Under the pieces are notes generated by a model. That model was given only the letters and a program-made list of their open reading frames with translations, searched no databases and had not been told where the DNA came from. Made by a program: the position numbers and the translations under genes. A stretch of 63,352 bases of DNA, counting the filler, from Chiloscyllium plagiosum (lineage: Eukaryota), in assembly GCF_004010195.1 (NCBI RefSeq). It is 5 parts of 2 records of this genome, joined end to end, with 100 filler letters (N's around TTAATTAATTAA, not from the genome) between each part and the next. Parts side by side here need not be neighbours in the genome. Positions count along the whole stretch, not along the records: positions 1 to 17,855 come from NC_057712.1; 4 more parts are not named here. One strand, given 5' to 3'. Below are positions 1 to 13,637 of this stretch, piece after piece (position 1 is the first letter of the stretch; each line of letters begins with the position of its first letter).

Positions 1-275
1 TCTTCCTGACCTCTCCGCCCCCACCCCACTCCAGCCTATCACCCTCACCTTGGCCTCCTTCCACCTATCGCATTCCCAACGCCCCTTCCCCAAGTCCCTC
101 CTCCCTACCTTTTATCTTAGCCTGCTGGACACACTTTCCTCATTCCTGAAGAAGGGCTTATGCCCGAAACGTCGATTCTCCTGTTCCTTGGATGCTGCCT
201 GACCTGCTGCGCTTTTCCAGCAACACATTTTTCAACTCTGATCTCCAGCATCTGCAATCCTCCTTTCTCCTTTCC
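1..275 (+). mobile_element. 3' pseudo-LTR of a Penelope-like element with a hammerhead motif
   Basis: C/T-rich tract, hammerhead core, then the GATGCTGCCTGACCTGCTG...CCAGCATCTGCA tail. The same tail follows GIY-YIG coding fragments at 29100-29929. Confidence 0.75.
142..177 (+). ncRNA. Minimal type I hammerhead ribozyme motif (family A)
   Basis: ATTC-CTGAAGA-A-GGGC-TTAT-GCCC-GAAA-CG-TC-GATT: CUGANGA and GAAA core, 4-bp stem II, palindromic ACGT in place of stem III, predicted cleavage after C173, weak stem I. Confidence 0.7.
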
Positions 276-562
276 TGTTACGAAGCCAACTTTGGATCCA
301 ATTGAACACATTACCCACTGTCCCATGGGCTTTTACTTTTCTGACCATACTGCCATGTGGGACCTTGTCAAATGCTTTACTAAAATCCACGTGGATATTA
401 TCCACTCCTGATTGATTCTACTTGTCACTTCCTCATAGAACGTAAACAAATTTGTAAGGTGTGAACTTCCTTTAACAATGCCATGCTAATTATTCCTGAA
501 TAGTTCATGCCTTTCGAAGTGACAGTTTATCCCATCTCTCAGGATTGATTCTACCATTTTGC

Positions 563-764
563 TGCAAGGCAAAAGTGAGGCCTGCAGATGCTGGAAGCCA
601 GAGTTTCGATCAGAGTGGCGCTGGAAAACCACAGCAGGTCAGGCAGCATCCAAGGAGCAGGAAAATCGACATTTCGGGCAAAAGCCTGACATTTCCTGAT
701 GAAGGGCTTTTGTCCGAAACGTCGATTTTTCTGCTCCTCGGATGCTGCCTGACCTACTGTGCTC
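563..764. mobile_element. Fold-back PLE mini-element with a hammerhead core at 696-723
   Basis: An inverted pLTR copy (about 575-686) faces a direct copy (692-764). It is flanked by the duplication TTCTACCATTTTGC at 549-562 and 765-778. Confidence 0.8.
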
Positions 765-1331
765 TTCTACCATTTTGCCCACTCCCAAAGTAAGACTAAC
801 TGGTCAATAAGTTTTGGCATTTCTTTTGTACCCTTTTTAAGTAACTGAACCACATTTGCATTCCTCCAGTCCCCGGTACCTCACCTGTGCCCAGTGAAGA
901 TTGGATAATAATCCTCAGACTATCTGCTATTTCCTCCCTGACCTCCTTCAACATCATATGGAATAATCCATCTGGCCTTGGCAACATTTCCACATTCAAG
1001 GATGGATTATGGGACTAAACTACTCAGAATATCAGAACAGATAGCAAAAGTTTCTACGAAAATATAAAACGAAAAAGAGTGGGCTAAGGTAAACATTGGT
1101 CCTTTACAGGATGAAAAGGGGAATTGATAATGGGAAATGAGGAGATGGCCAAGGTCTTGAACAGGCATTTTGTGTTGGTCTTCACAGTGATATAGACAAA
1201 AATAACATGTCAATAATTGATGACAAGGAGGTTATGGCAGGTGAGGACCTAGAAATGATCATTATCACTAAAGAGTAGTGTCATGTAAGTTAATCGGGCT
1301 AAAAGTAGACAAGAGTTCTAGCCCTGATGGA

Positions 1332-2085
1332 ATCACTCGCCGAGTGGAGGAAGAACATCTCATCTTCTGCCTTGGGACCTTAAAACCACACAGCATCAAC
1401 ACTGAATTTACACTCACACTCTCACACATACATACACTCTCTCACACATACGCACACACACCCACATGCACACATACATATATGTTTGTGGGTTAAATTT
1501 GTACTTGCAAAGTTACTATTTACTTTGCTCAAAAACTGTTTGAATCCATGTAAAGTTCTGTAAATCCCTTTTTTAGATGAGAATCAGTCTGACCATTGTG
1601 GCACGGACAGTCTCACACAGGGCAGCTGTTCTGCGATTTACATATGAAAGAACTGAAACCAACATGTTAATTCTAAAAGATGAGAGACTTAACAAATAAT
1701 CCAGGTCTTTTTCAATATATAATTTCAGTTACATCACATTGTAAACTTATGCTATAAATTCTGTGTCTTTTGATCTTATACATCACAACCACCTGATGAA
1801 GGAGCAGCACTCCAAAAGCTAGTGCTTCCAATTAAACCTGTTGGACTATAACCTGGTGTTGTGTGATTTTTAACTTTTTACACCCCAGTCCAACACCGGC
1901 ATCTCTAAATCAACACTGACTTCACCAGTTTCCAAACCCCCCCCCCCCCCCCCCCCCACTAATTATGTCTCAGCCCGCTTTGCCCTCCACATTCCTGATG
2001 AAGGGCTAATGTTTGAAACATCAACTCTCCTGCTCCTTGGATGTTGCCTGACCTGCTGCACCTTTTCCAGCACCATGCTGTTTGA
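1332..2085 (+). mobile_element. PLE 3' fragment (family A) containing a nested family-B PLE fragment (1406-1908)
   Basis: Outer TSD CCCTGATGGA at 1322-1331 and 2086-2095. Inner TSD ATCAACACTGA at 1395-1405 and 1909-1919. The peptide RRVEEEHLIFCLGTLKPHSINTEF is the GIY-YIG C-terminus. Degenerate hammerhead cores start at 1793 and 1995. Confidence 0.75.
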
Positions 2086-2957
2086 CCCTGATGGAGTGCA
2101 TCCCAGGGTACTAAGAGAGATGGTGGAGGAAATAGTAAATGCACTTGTGGTAATTTACCAAAATTCACTGCACTCTGATGTGGTTCCAGTTTGGAAAACA
2201 GCAAAATGTGATTGTTTAAAAAAGGAAGAAGACAAAAGTCGTGTAACTGTAGGCCCGTTAACTTCTGCAGTGGGGAAAATGTTTGAATCTATCATCAAAG
2301 AAGAAATAGTGAGACATCTGGGTAGAAATTGTCTCATCGGGCAGATGCAGCATGGGTTCACGAAAGACAGGTAATGTTTAATTAATTTATTAGAATTCTT
2401 TGAAGACATATGGTGGACAACAGGGAATTGGTGGATGTGGTGTATTTGGATTTCCACAAAGCATTCGATAAGGTGTCGCTGCATAAGATAAAGGTGCATG
2501 GCATCATGGGTCATGTATTAGCATGGAAGGAACATTGGTTAACTAACAGAAAGCAAACAGTGGGAAGAAATGGGTATGTTTTTGGTTGGCGCTTAGTCAC
2601 TAGTGGTGTGCTTCAGGGATCAGTGTTGGGGTCACAATTATTAAATTGTTTACAATTTAATAAGATGTGAGGTAGAGCGAAGTATGCAGAGGACATGGAA
2701 CATCTACAGTGGGATTTAGATAGTTTAAATGAGAAGGCAAAGGTCTGGCAGATGAAGTACAATGTTGATAAATGTGAGGTCATCCATCTTGGTAGGAATT
2801 ACAGTAAAATAGACCAGTGTTTAACTGGTAAAAAATTGCAGCATGCTGCTATGCAGAGGGACCTGGGTATCCTTGTGCACATATGACAAAAAGTTGGTTT
2901 GCAGGTGCAGCAGGGAAGTAAGAAGACAAATGGAATTTTGACCTTCATTGCCAGAGG

Positions 2958-5900
2958 GTTGGAGTAGAAGGAGCAACAGTGAGGACCAGAGGCCCGAAGG
3001 GAAAGTAAATTTAAAATATATAAAAACTTACCGCGTGTACAGGCAAAGTGCACACTGAGCAGGAGCGGACATGAGACTGTTGAGTAAGGCTTTATATTTG
3101 CACTGTTGCTTTACCTGAAACACTATTCGGTAGTGTTTCCCACCCATCCTCCTCCTGTAACCAAAAAGAAGGTTCTGTGCACCGGATTGGTATGGTGACT
3201 AGTTTCTTGTTTTTTTAGTTTTTCAGTAGTCTCATTGGGAATTTGGAATAATGGGAATCGAGGTTAGGGCAGCTGAACACTCCTCCTGCAGAATGTGGGA
3301 GGTAAGGGTTACCACTAGTGCACCTGCTGACTGCATCTGTGGGAAGTGCACCCAACTCCTCGAAAACCACATTAGGGAACTGGAGCTGGATGAACTTCGG
3401 ATCATTCAGGAGGTGGAGGGGGTTAGAGAGAGTTACAGTGAGGTAGTCACACCTCAAGTACAAGAAAAAGGCCAATGGGTTACAGTCAGGGGATGGAACA
3501 GGAATCGGCAGGCAGTGCAGGGATCCCCTGTGGCCGTTCCCCTCAATAATGAATATGCAGTTTTGGATACTGTTGGGGGGAATGACTTACCAGGGGTAAG
3601 CAATGGGGCTCAGGTCTCTGGCACAGAGTCTGTCCCTGTTGCTCAGAAGGGAAGGGGGAAGAGGAGCAGAGCATTAGCCATTGAGGACTCCATAGTTAGG
3701 GGGACAGATAGGAGGTTCTGTGGGAATGGCAGAGACTCACGGTTGGTGTGTTGCCTCCCAGGTGCCAGGGTTCGTGATGTCTCTGATCGTGTCTTCGGGA
3801 TCCTTGAGGGGGAGAGGGAGCAGCCCCTTATCATGGTCCACATCGGCACCAATGACATAGGTAGGAAGAGAAATGGGAATTTAAGGCAGAAATTCAGGGA
3901 GCTAGGGTAGAAGCTTACAGCTAGAACAAACAGAGTTGTTGTCTCTGGTTTGTTGCCTGTGCCACGTGCTAACGAGGCGAGGAATAAGGAGAGTTGAATA
4001 TGTGGCTACAGGGATGGTGCAGGAGGGAGGGTTTTGGATTCTTGGATAATTGGGGCTCTTTCTGAGGTAGGTGGGACCTCTACAAACAGGATGGTCTTCA
4101 CCTGAACCAGAGGGTACCAATATCCTGGGGGGGGGGGGGGATATTTGCTAATGCTCTTCAGGAGGGTTTAAACTAATTCAGCAGGAGGGGTGGGAACCTA
4201 AATTGTAGTTTGAGTGTACAGGAGGTTGAGTGTATTGAGGTCAAAAATAATGTTTCAAGGTCGCAAGAAGGCAAGTAAGACATTGGTTTGAAGTGTGTCT
4301 ACTTCAATGCCAGGAGCACCCGGAATACGGTGGGTAAACTTACAGCATGGGTTGGTACCCGGGACTTTGATATTGTGGCCATTTTGGAGACATGGGTAGA
4401 GCAGGGACACGAATGGTTATTGCAGGTTCCAGGATTTAATGTTTCAGTAAGAACAGAGAAGATGGTAAAAGAGGGAGTCGTGTGGCATTGTTAGTCAAGG
4501 ACAGTATTAGGGCTGCAGAAAGGACATCTGAGGACTTGGCTACTGAGGTGGCATGGGAGGAGGTTAGAAACAGGAAAGAAGAGGTCATCCTATTGTGAAT
4601 TTTCTATAGGCCTCCGAATAGATGTAGAGGAAAGGACAGCAAATTTGATCCTCGATAGGCGTGAGAGTGACAGGGTAGTTGTTATGGAGGAACTTTAACT
4701 TTTCAAATATAATTGGAAGTAATACAGTTCAAGTACTTTAGATGGGTCAGTTTTTGTCCAGTATGTGCAGGAGGGTTTCTTGACACAGTATGTCAAAAGA
4801 CCAACAAGGGGTGAGGCCACGTTAATTTGGTACTCAGTAATTAACCTAGCCAGGTATTATTTTGAGGTAGGTGAGCACTTTGGTCAGAATGACCACAATT
4901 CTGTTATGTTTACTTTAGTGATGGAAAAGGATAGTATATACCATAGGGCAAGGATTATAGCTAGGTGAAAGGCGATTACATTGCGATTAGGCAGGATTTA
5001 GGATGCATAGGATGGGGAAGGAAACTGCAGAGGATGGGCACAATTGAAATGTGGAGCTTATTCAAGGACCAGATACTGTGGATCCTTGATAAGTCTGTAG
5101 TTGTCAGGCAGGGAGGAAGTTGTCGAGCGTGGGAGCCATGGTTTACTGAGGAAGTTGAATGTTTTGCCAAGAGGAAGAACAAGGCTTATGTTAGGTTGAG
5201 ATGTGATGGCTCAGTTAGGGCACTTGAGAGTTACAAGTTAGCCAAGAAGGACCTAAAGAGAGAGTTTAAGAAAGTCCAGGAGCGGTCATGAGAAGTCATT
5301 GGCGGACAAGATCAAAGAAAACCCGAAGGCTTTCCGTAGGTATATCAGGAATAAAAGAATGACAAGAGTAAGATTCGGGCCAATCAAGGATTGTAGTGGG
5401 AAGTTGTGCAAGCAGTCAGAAGATATAGGGGAAGCGCTAAATGAATACTTTTTCGTCAGTATTCACACTAGAAATAGACAATCTTGTCGATGAGAATACC
5501 TAGATACAGGCTACTACACGAGATGAGATTGATGTTCGCAAGGAAGTGGTGTTAGCAATTCTGGAAAATGTAAGAATAGATACGTCCCCAGGACTGGATG
5601 GGATTTATCCGAGGATTCTCTGGGAAGCCAGGGAGGAGATCACCGAGCCTTTGGCTTTCGTCTTTATGTTGTCATTGTTGACAGGAATAGTGCCAGAAGA
5701 CTGGAGGATAGCAAATGTTGTTCCTTTGTTCAAGAAGGGGAGTAGAGACAACCCTGGTAATTATAGACCAGTGAGCTTTACTTCGGTTGTGGTTAAAGTG
5801 TTGGAAAGGGTTATAAGAGATAGGATTTATAATCATCTAGTAAGCAATAAGTTGATTAGGGATATTCAACATGGTTTTGTGAAAGGTAGGTCGTGCTTCA

Positions 5901-7116
5901 CAAACCTTACAAGTTTTCTGAGAAAGTAGCCAACCAGGTGGATAAGGGTAAAGCGGTTGATATGGTGTATAGGGATTTCAGTAAGGTGTTTGATAAGTCC
6001 TGACGCTATTGCACAAAATACAGAGGCATGGGATTGAGGGTGATTTAGCGGTTTGGATCAGAAATTGGCTAGCTGGAAGAAGACAGAGGGTGGTGGTTGA
6101 TGGGAAATATTTATCCTGGAGTTCAGTTACTAGTGGGACGTGGCAAGGATCTGTTTTGGGTGCACTGTTGTTTGTTATTTATATAAATGACCTGAATGAG
6201 GGCACTGAAGGATGGGTAAGTAAATTTGCAGATGACACTAAGGTCGGTCGAGTTGTGGATAGTGACGAAGATTGTGATAGGTTACAGACAGACATAGATA
6301 AGCTGCAGAGCTGGGCTGAGAGGTGGCAAATGCAGTTTAATGCGGAAAGGTGTGAGGTGATTCACTTTGGAAGGAGCAACAAGAATACAGAGTACTGGGC
6401 TAAAGTTGAGATTCTTGGCAGAATAGATGAGCACAGAGATCTCAGTGTCCAGTTACATAGATCCTTGAAAGTTGCCACCCAAGTTGACAGGGTTGTGAAG
6501 AAGGCAGATGGTGTGGTAGCTTTTATACATACAGGGATTGAGTTTCGGAACCATGAGGTTATGCTGCAGCTGTACGAAACTCTAGTCCGACTGCACTTGG
6601 AGTATTGTGCACAGTTCTGGTCACCATATTATTGGAAGAATGTGGAAGCTTTGGGTTCAGAAGAGATTTACTAGGATCTTGCCTGGTATGGAGGGAAGGT
6701 CTCACAAGGAAAAGCTGAGAAACTTGCAGCTGTTTTCGTTGGAGAGAAGGAGGTTGAGAGGTGACTTAATTGAGACATATAAGATAATCAGAGGGTTAGA
6801 CAGACTGGACAGTGAGAGTCTTTTTCATCGGATGGCAATGGCTAGATGAAAAGACATAGCTTTGAATTGAGGGATGATAGATATAGGACAGATGTCAGTG
6901 GTAGTGTCTTTACTCAGAGAGTGGTAGAGGCGTGGATTGCACTGCCTGCAACAGCAGTAGACTCACCAACTTTAAGGGCATTTAAATGGTCATTGGATAG
7001 GCATATGGACAAGAATGGAGTAATGTAGGTTAGATGGGCTTCAGACTGGTTTCACAGGTCGGCCCAACATCAAGGGCTGAAGGGCCTGTACTGCGCTGGA
7101 ATGTTCAGTGTTCTAT
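2958..7116 (+). mobile_element. Near full-length, decayed CR1 (HER1-like) LINE
   Basis: 5'UTR shared with the copies at 17085 and 46300. ORF1 (3251 to about 4175) has a Cys motif, a coiled coil and SGNH esterase blocks (EDSIVRG, HIGTND, QDGLHL). ORF2 (about 4288-7028) has an APE start CVYFNARS and RT motifs NYRPVSFTS, QGSVLG and KFADDTK. It ends in GAAGGGCCTGT...TTCTAT. There are many stops and frameshifts. Confidence 0.93.
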
Positions 7117-9570
7117 AGCAAAGAACAAAGACAATTTACAGCCCAGGAATAGGCCCTTCAGCCCTCCAAGCTTGTTCCGATCCAAATCCACTGTTTAAAC
7201 CTATCACCCAATTCCGAAGGATCTGTATCCTTCATGTATCCGTCCAGACACACCTTAAATTAATCTACCGTACCTGCTTCTACTACCTCTACTGGCAACG
7301 CCTTCAAGGCACCTAGCACCCTCTGTGTAAAGTACTTTCCACGTGTATCCCCATGACCTCTCGTTATTGAATCCTTCACCCTGAGAAAAAGCATATCTCT
7401 ATCCACCCTGTCTATACCCTTCATGATTTTATAGACCTCAATCAGGTCCCCCCCAATCTCCTTTTTTCTAATGAAAACAATCCTAACCTACTCAACCTCT
7501 CTTTATAGCTCGCACCTTCCATATCAGGCAACATCCTCATAAACCTTCTCTGCACCCTCTCCAAAGCGTCCACATCCTTTTGGTAATGTGGTGACCAGAG
7601 CTGGTCACAGTATTCTAAATGCGGCCGAACCAAAGTCTTGCACGATTTTAATGTGACCTGCCAACCCTTATGCCCAATACCCCATCCAATGAAGGCAAGC
7701 ATACTATATGCCTTCTTGACCACTCTATCCACCTGTGCAGCAACCTTCAGGATACAATGGACCTGAACTCCCAGATCTCTCTGCTCATCAACTTTTCCCA
7801 AGGCTCTTCTGTTTACAGTATAGCTTGCTTGAGAATTAGACCTTCCAAAATGCATCACCTCACATTTGCCCGGATTGAACTCCATCTGCTACTTTTCCGC
7901 CCAACTCTCCAGTCTATCTATATTAGAACATAGAAAAGTACAGCACAGAACAAGCCCTTTGGCCCAAGATGTTGTGCCGAGGTTTAATCCTAATGTAAAA
8001 TATAGCAACATAATGTATGTACCCCTCAACTCACTGCGATCCATGTGCATGTCCAGCAGTCGCTTAAATATCCCCAGTGACTCTGCTTCCACCACCACAG
8101 CTGGCAAACGCATTCCATACATTCACAACTCTCTGCGTAAAGAACTTACCTCTGATGTCTCCTTTATACCTAATATCTTCAAACTATGACTTCTCGTGTC
8201 AGTCAATCCTGCCCTGGGGAAAAGTCTCTGGCTATTGACTCTATCTAATCCACGCATTATTTTGTATATACCTCGATCAGGTCTCCTCTCTTCCTCCTTC
8301 TCTCCAGAGAGAAAAGTCCGAGCTTAGTCAACCTTTCTTCATAAGGCAAGCCCTCCAGTCCAGGTAGCATCCTGGTAAATGTTCTTTGCACCCTCTCCAA
8401 AGCCTCTGTATCTTTCCTATAGTAGGGCGACCAGAACTGGATACAATATTCCAAGTGTGGTCTCACCAGGGACTTGTAGAGCTACAGCAAAACCTCGCAG
8501 CTCTTAAACTCGTTCGCCTGTTCATGAAAGCCAAAACACCATATGCTTTAACAACCCTATCCACTTCGGTGGCAACTTTGAGGGATCTATGTACTTGCAT
8601 ACCCAGATCCCTAATCCTGTCTTTAATCCTATATTCAGCATTTGACTTCGACCTTTCAAAATGCATCACTTCGCATTTATCCAGGTTGAACTCCATCTGC
8701 CATTTCTCAGCCCAGGGATTTACATAGAACATAGAACATAGAAGAATACAGCGCAGTACAGGCCCTTCGGCCCTCGATGTTGCACCGATCCAAGCCCACC
8801 TAACCTACACTAGCCCACTATCCTCCATATGCCTATCCAATGCCCGCTTAAATGCCCATAATGAGGGAGAGTCCACCACTGCTACTGGCAGGGCATTCCA
8901 TGAACTCACGACTCGCTGAGTAAAGAACCTACCCCTAACATCTGTCCTAAACCTACCACCCCTTAATTTAAAGCTATACCCCCTNNNNNNNNNNNNNNNN
9001 NNNNNNNNNNNNNNNNNNNNNNNNNNNNNNNNNNNNNNNNNNNNNNNNNNNNNNNNCGGAACTGAATTCCTCTACCAATAAAAGCCAGTACGCCATATGC
9101 CTTCCTCACCGCACTATTTACCTGGGTGGCAACTTTCAGAGATCTGTGTACATGGACACCAAGATCCCTCTGCTCATCCACACTACCAAGTATCCGACCA
9201 TTAGCCCAGTACCCCATCTTTTTGTTTTTCTTCCCAAAGTGAATCACCTCACATTTAGCTACATTGAATTCCATTTGCCACCTTTCTGCAGCTTCTCTAT
9301 ATCCTGCTGTAACCTGCCACGTGCTTCCTCACTGTCAACAACTCCTCCGGCTTTCGTATCATCCGCAAACTTGCTCACCCAACCTTCTAACCCCTCCTCC
9401 AGGACATTTATAAAAATGACAAACAGCAATGGTCCCAAAACAGATCCATGCGGAACACCGCTAGTGACGGCACTCCAAGATGAACCTTTACCATCAACTA
9501 CTACCCTCTGTCTTCTTCCAGCCAGCCAACCCCTAATCCAAACCTCAACTCACCCTCAATGCCATAAGCC
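7117..9570 (-). mobile_element. Stack of at least three 5'-truncated CR1 3' fragments
   Basis: Repeated WQMEFN.KCEV.HFG and RPHLEYC.Q.WSP peptides on the minus strand. Separate tails (ACATAGA repeats) occur near 7925 and 8722. Confidence 0.9.
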
Positions 9571-10127
9571 GCATTTCCCTATTACTCTCCCTCCAATCTG
9601 AGGTACATGGTACCTAGGTATAGATACTTTCAGTGTTGTTATAGGTTTGAAATAGTAAAAAGGATAGACTAGCATGGGAATACAGAGTTTAAAAAGTCCA
9701 GAATAATACTAAAAAGTATCTTTAACATACTCAAGTTATAGTACCAGCTGGGCTTCAGAACATGAGGCCTCCCTGATTTTAAATGCTAACCTCTGTCCTG
9801 GACTCGCCTCCAGGACTCATCTTTCTGCCCAGCCTGGGCTTCCTCTGCTCCTGCTCTGGATTCTGGTTCATGACTCAGCTCCCAACTCAGTCCACGTTCA
9901 CTCTGCTCCTGCTTCAGGCTAAAGCCCGCACCTTGCTTGTGCTCATTCTGCTCCCACTCCAGGCTTCAGTCACAACTTGCTTCCGGGACTCAGTCCGCAC
10001 TTGCTCTCCTTTTACTCTAGACGCAACTTGTTTTGGGATTTGCCTCCCAGGTCAGCCCAGGCTTAGTCAGCTCCCGCTCCAGTCTCCAGCGGTTGGTTGG
10101 TGTGCTACCACAATACCTAGTGGTGGT

Positions 10128-11222
10128 AACAGGCTGGTAGTTAATTCGGATATGTTCTTCACTGAGGGTAAGGTGGCTAGTGTGTTGGTAGGCACAGTGT
10201 CCTCTTGGCGTTGTTTGTTGGACAGGCATCAATGGATGAAGTTGATGGGGTATAAATTGTCAGCAAAGGCTTTGTGTAAGTATTCTTCCTTTTCTTTGCA
10301 CAGTTCTGGTGTGTTGCAATGTGTCATGGCACTTTTGAATAGTGTCCTCATACAGCTCCATTTGTGGACATTGGGGTAGTTGGCATTGTAGTTGAGAATC
10401 TGGTCTGGGTGGGTGGGTTTCTTGTATACTTTAGTTGTAAATTCCCGGTCCACCTTTTCCTTCCTTGTAAACTTGATGCCAGTGAGTATACAGCTAATGA
10501 AATGGTGTGTTTCCTCTAGTCTTGAACACTTGATGATGATTCCAACCCCCCAACCCCTTCTCCTCATTCAACCAAAACTATGGATACGATATGTGTACGA
10601 CAATTTGTCCACAAACGGAATTGTGTCAGGAGCTGTTCAAACCACTAAGTATATGGTAACACGCCAATCAATAGCCACACTATGTCAACTACTTATCAGG
10701 ACAAAGGACCCCATACACACATGTAGGAGCAAAACGGTATACAAATCCCTTGTAACAACTTCAACAAGCACTACATTGGACAAACAGAACAAAAAACTAA
10801 CCATCTGACTTCACGAACACCAACTGGCAACTAAATGACATGATCCGCTCTCCCTCCTCTCTGTATACACAGACCAAGAGGCCCATCAATTCGACTAAGA
10901 CAAAGTAACTATTGTAGGTCAAGCCAACCAGAGACACGCCAGAGAGTTCTTGGAAGCCTGGTTTTATACCAAAAAGGCCATCAACAAACACAGAGATAGA
11001 TCCAGAGTACAAATCACTGTGGAGAAGACCTGGAAGTGACACTCACCAACTGACGGGATCCACATAAAAACCATGCCAGACAGAACAACAGCACTTCACC
11101 AAAGTCACACTGATGATGCTACCCAGTGTGATAATGAAATGTCTGCACGATAACCCAGCAGCTCGGTGAGCCAACCAACTTCCTCATGCACAACCCAAGC
11201 TACAGATCTTTGTGAAAACCTT
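10128..11222. mobile_element. Rearranged PLE (Penelope/Poseidon-like): inverted RT-thumb segment plus forward RT/GIY-YIG/pLTR segment
   Basis: The minus strand gives FTTKVYKKPTHPDQILNY...TLFKSAMTHC. The plus strand gives QPKLWIRYVYD, HYIGQT and RHAREFLEAW. A degenerate hammerhead CTGATGA...GAAA lies at about 11110-11143. Confidence 0.8.
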
Positions 11223-11224
11223 AA

Positions 11225-11645
11225 ATATCAATTAACATGATGCATCTGGCAAAGGTCTGGGAATGTGTATAACTGTCAGTATATTGGAATGTGAATGAAT
11301 ACAGCATCATTATAAGATCCCAAAGACTAGTGATAAAAGTGGTCAGTAAACATCATGGGATCATGGGAGGACCAAGGGGCTGTCCATAGATATGTCCATC
11401 GTTGGTAGTGTGTTTACCACTTTGGATGTATGAATTAGGGGCATGTGGTTAACAATGATATCAATGTTGTATGTAATTATTCTAACAAAAAAATGGTATA
11501 AAAATGCGGTATTTAACTGGGAGAGCTAGAGTGTCCTAGAAAGGGACCTCTGCATGCTGCTTTGGCAAATAGCTCTGAAAAAAGTTAAATTGGTTCTACT
11601 AAACACGGAGATCAAGGCCCCTCTTTGATATCTCTCTATCCAACA
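11225..11645 (+). mobile_element. Possible 3' part of an LTR
   Basis: TATAAAAA near 11497, an imperfect terminal hairpin, and an ...CCAACA end directly before CR1 sequence. No matching 5' end or TSD was confirmed. Confidence 0.3.
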
Positions 11646-12690
11646 GGGGCATAGAGGTAAACTGTGCTTGGACACAGAGGATGGCACAGTTCTCACAGTA
11701 CTTTGCGTCGATATTCACAATGGAAGAAGATGCTGCAGGTGGAGATATCATTATGGAGGACTGTGAAATATTTAAAGAAATTAGCAGTGAGAGGTGGTAC
11801 TAGTGAGTTAGGTAGCCTTAGAAGTGGGTAAATCAGTAGGCCCAGATGAGACTTGTTCCAGGCTTGTTAAGGGAGGCAAGATTCAGGGTTCCTGAGTCAG
11901 CATTCTTGGCAGAAATTTTCAAATCATTTGGCAACTGGAAAGGTGCCAGCAGGTTGTCCCATGCTAATGTTATCCCATTATTAAAAAAAGGAGAAAGGGT
12001 TAGACCAGGAAATTACAGGCTTGTCAGTCAACTTTAGTTGTGGGCAAGTTATTTGGAAACCACATTACCAAAATGGTGTGGATGCTTTGGAGAGGGTGCA
12101 GAGAAGGGTTATGAGGGTGTTGCCTGGTATGGAAGGTGCGAGCTATGAAGAGAGGTTGAGTAGGTTAGGTTTATTTTCATTAGAAAAAAGGAGGTTGAGG
12201 GGGGACCTAATTGAGGTTTACAAAATCATGAAGGGTATAGACAGGGTGGGTACAGATAAGCTTTTTCACAGGGTGAGGGATTCCATAACAAGAGGTCACG
12301 CTTTCAAGGAGAGAGGTGGAACGTTTAAGGGGGATACACGTGGCAAGTACTTCACACAGAGGGTGGTGGGCGCCTGGAACGTGTTGCCAGCAGAGGTGGT
12401 AGAGGCAGGCACGGTAGATTCATTTAAGGTGCGTCTGGACAGATGCACGAGTAGGTGGGGAGCAATGGGATACAGATGCTTAGGAATTGACCGACAGGTT
12501 CAGACAGTACATTTGGATTGGCTCAGGCTTGGAGGGCCGAAGGGCCTGTTCCTGGGCTGTAAATTTTCTTTGTTCTTCTTTGTTCTTTGTACAGAATATA
12601 TTTGCATTTGGAGACAGACACAGACTAATCAGGGATATATTAATCATGGATTTGTTAAACAAATTGTCTAAACATATTTGCCAAATTTGA
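11646..12690 (+). mobile_element. CR1 fragments (an older RT piece with a younger 3' fragment at about 12060-12590)
   Basis: RPGNYRLVS and DALERVQRR...[14 protein letters not shown]...FTQRVVGAWN; tail TTCTTTGTTCTT. Confidence 0.85.
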
Positions 12691-13485
12691 GCTCATTGAA
12701 GGGTGGGCAATAAATGCTGGCCCAGTCATAGATATATGTACTTCCCATGAATTGACAAAAAATAAATTTCCCTCTCATGATGGTGAGTGACTTGGAGAGA
12801 AATCTGCAAGGGATAGTGTTCCCATCCATCTGCTGCTTTTATACTTCGAGATGGTAATGCTTGTGGTTTTGGAAGGTACTATCTAAGGAGCCTTGTTGAA
12901 TTTCTGCAGTACATCTTGCAGGTAGCACATACTGCTGCTACTGAATGTCAGTGGTGTGGATGGAGTAAATGCTTATGGATGCAACAGTGACCAAGCAGGC
13001 TGCTTTTTCTTTCGAGATGGTAATGGCTATGGGTTTGCAAAGTGAAGTCTCAAGAGCATGGTGAACTTCTGCAGTACATTTTGTAAATGGCATATTCTGC
13101 TGCTACCGAGCAGTGGTGTGGAGGGATGCAATGCTAAATAATCAGGTGACTTTGTCCTGGATAGTGTCAGGTTTCCTGAATATTGTTCAAGCTGTGCTCA
13201 TTCGTGCAAGTGGGGAGTATTCTTCAAGACACTGATTTGTGTCTTGCAGACTTGGAGTGGTCAGGAGTTAAGTTACTCACTGCTCTTGTAGTGATTGTAT
13301 TTATGTGGCTGATCCAGTTCAATTTCTGTCAATGACAACCCTCAGGATGTTGATTGTGAGGGATTCGTTGTTATAATGTCTTGAATGTCATGATGGTGAT
13401 GTCACTGAATGTCGAAGGGCATTTGTTAAATTCTCTTACTGGAAATAACCATTGTCTGGCACTTGTGTGCTATGAACTTTACTTG

Positions 13486-13637
13486 GTAAAAACAATGACT
13501 GCAGATGCTGGAAACCAGAGTCTAGATTAGAGTGGTGCTGGAAAAGCACAGCAGGTCAGATTTAGGCACTGCTCCTTGGATGCTGCCTGAACTGCTGTGC
13601 TTTTCCAGCACCACTGTAATCTAGACCCTACCCCCTG
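13486..13637. mobile_element. Fold-back PLE mini-element (central hammerhead deleted)
   Basis: Inverted arms GTGGTGCTGGAAAAGCACAGCAG and CTGCTGTGCTTTTCCAGCACCAC. TSD TGAACTTTACTTG at 13473-13485 and 13638-13650. Confidence 0.75.

Larger units (their letters stand above)
280..2957. mobile_element. Old CR1 ORF2 fragments (minus about 280-1000; plus about 1000-2957) interrupted by PLE inserts
   Basis: Decayed RT motifs PDGVHPRVLREM, QHGFTK, VYLDFHKAFDKV, SGVLQGSVLG and WQMKYNVDKCEVIH. Confidence 0.85.

Noticed and set aside
9783..10379. 198-aa plus-strand ORF
   Set aside because: The 3' half is antisense to PLE RT sequence and the 5' half is low complexity with no recognisable domain.
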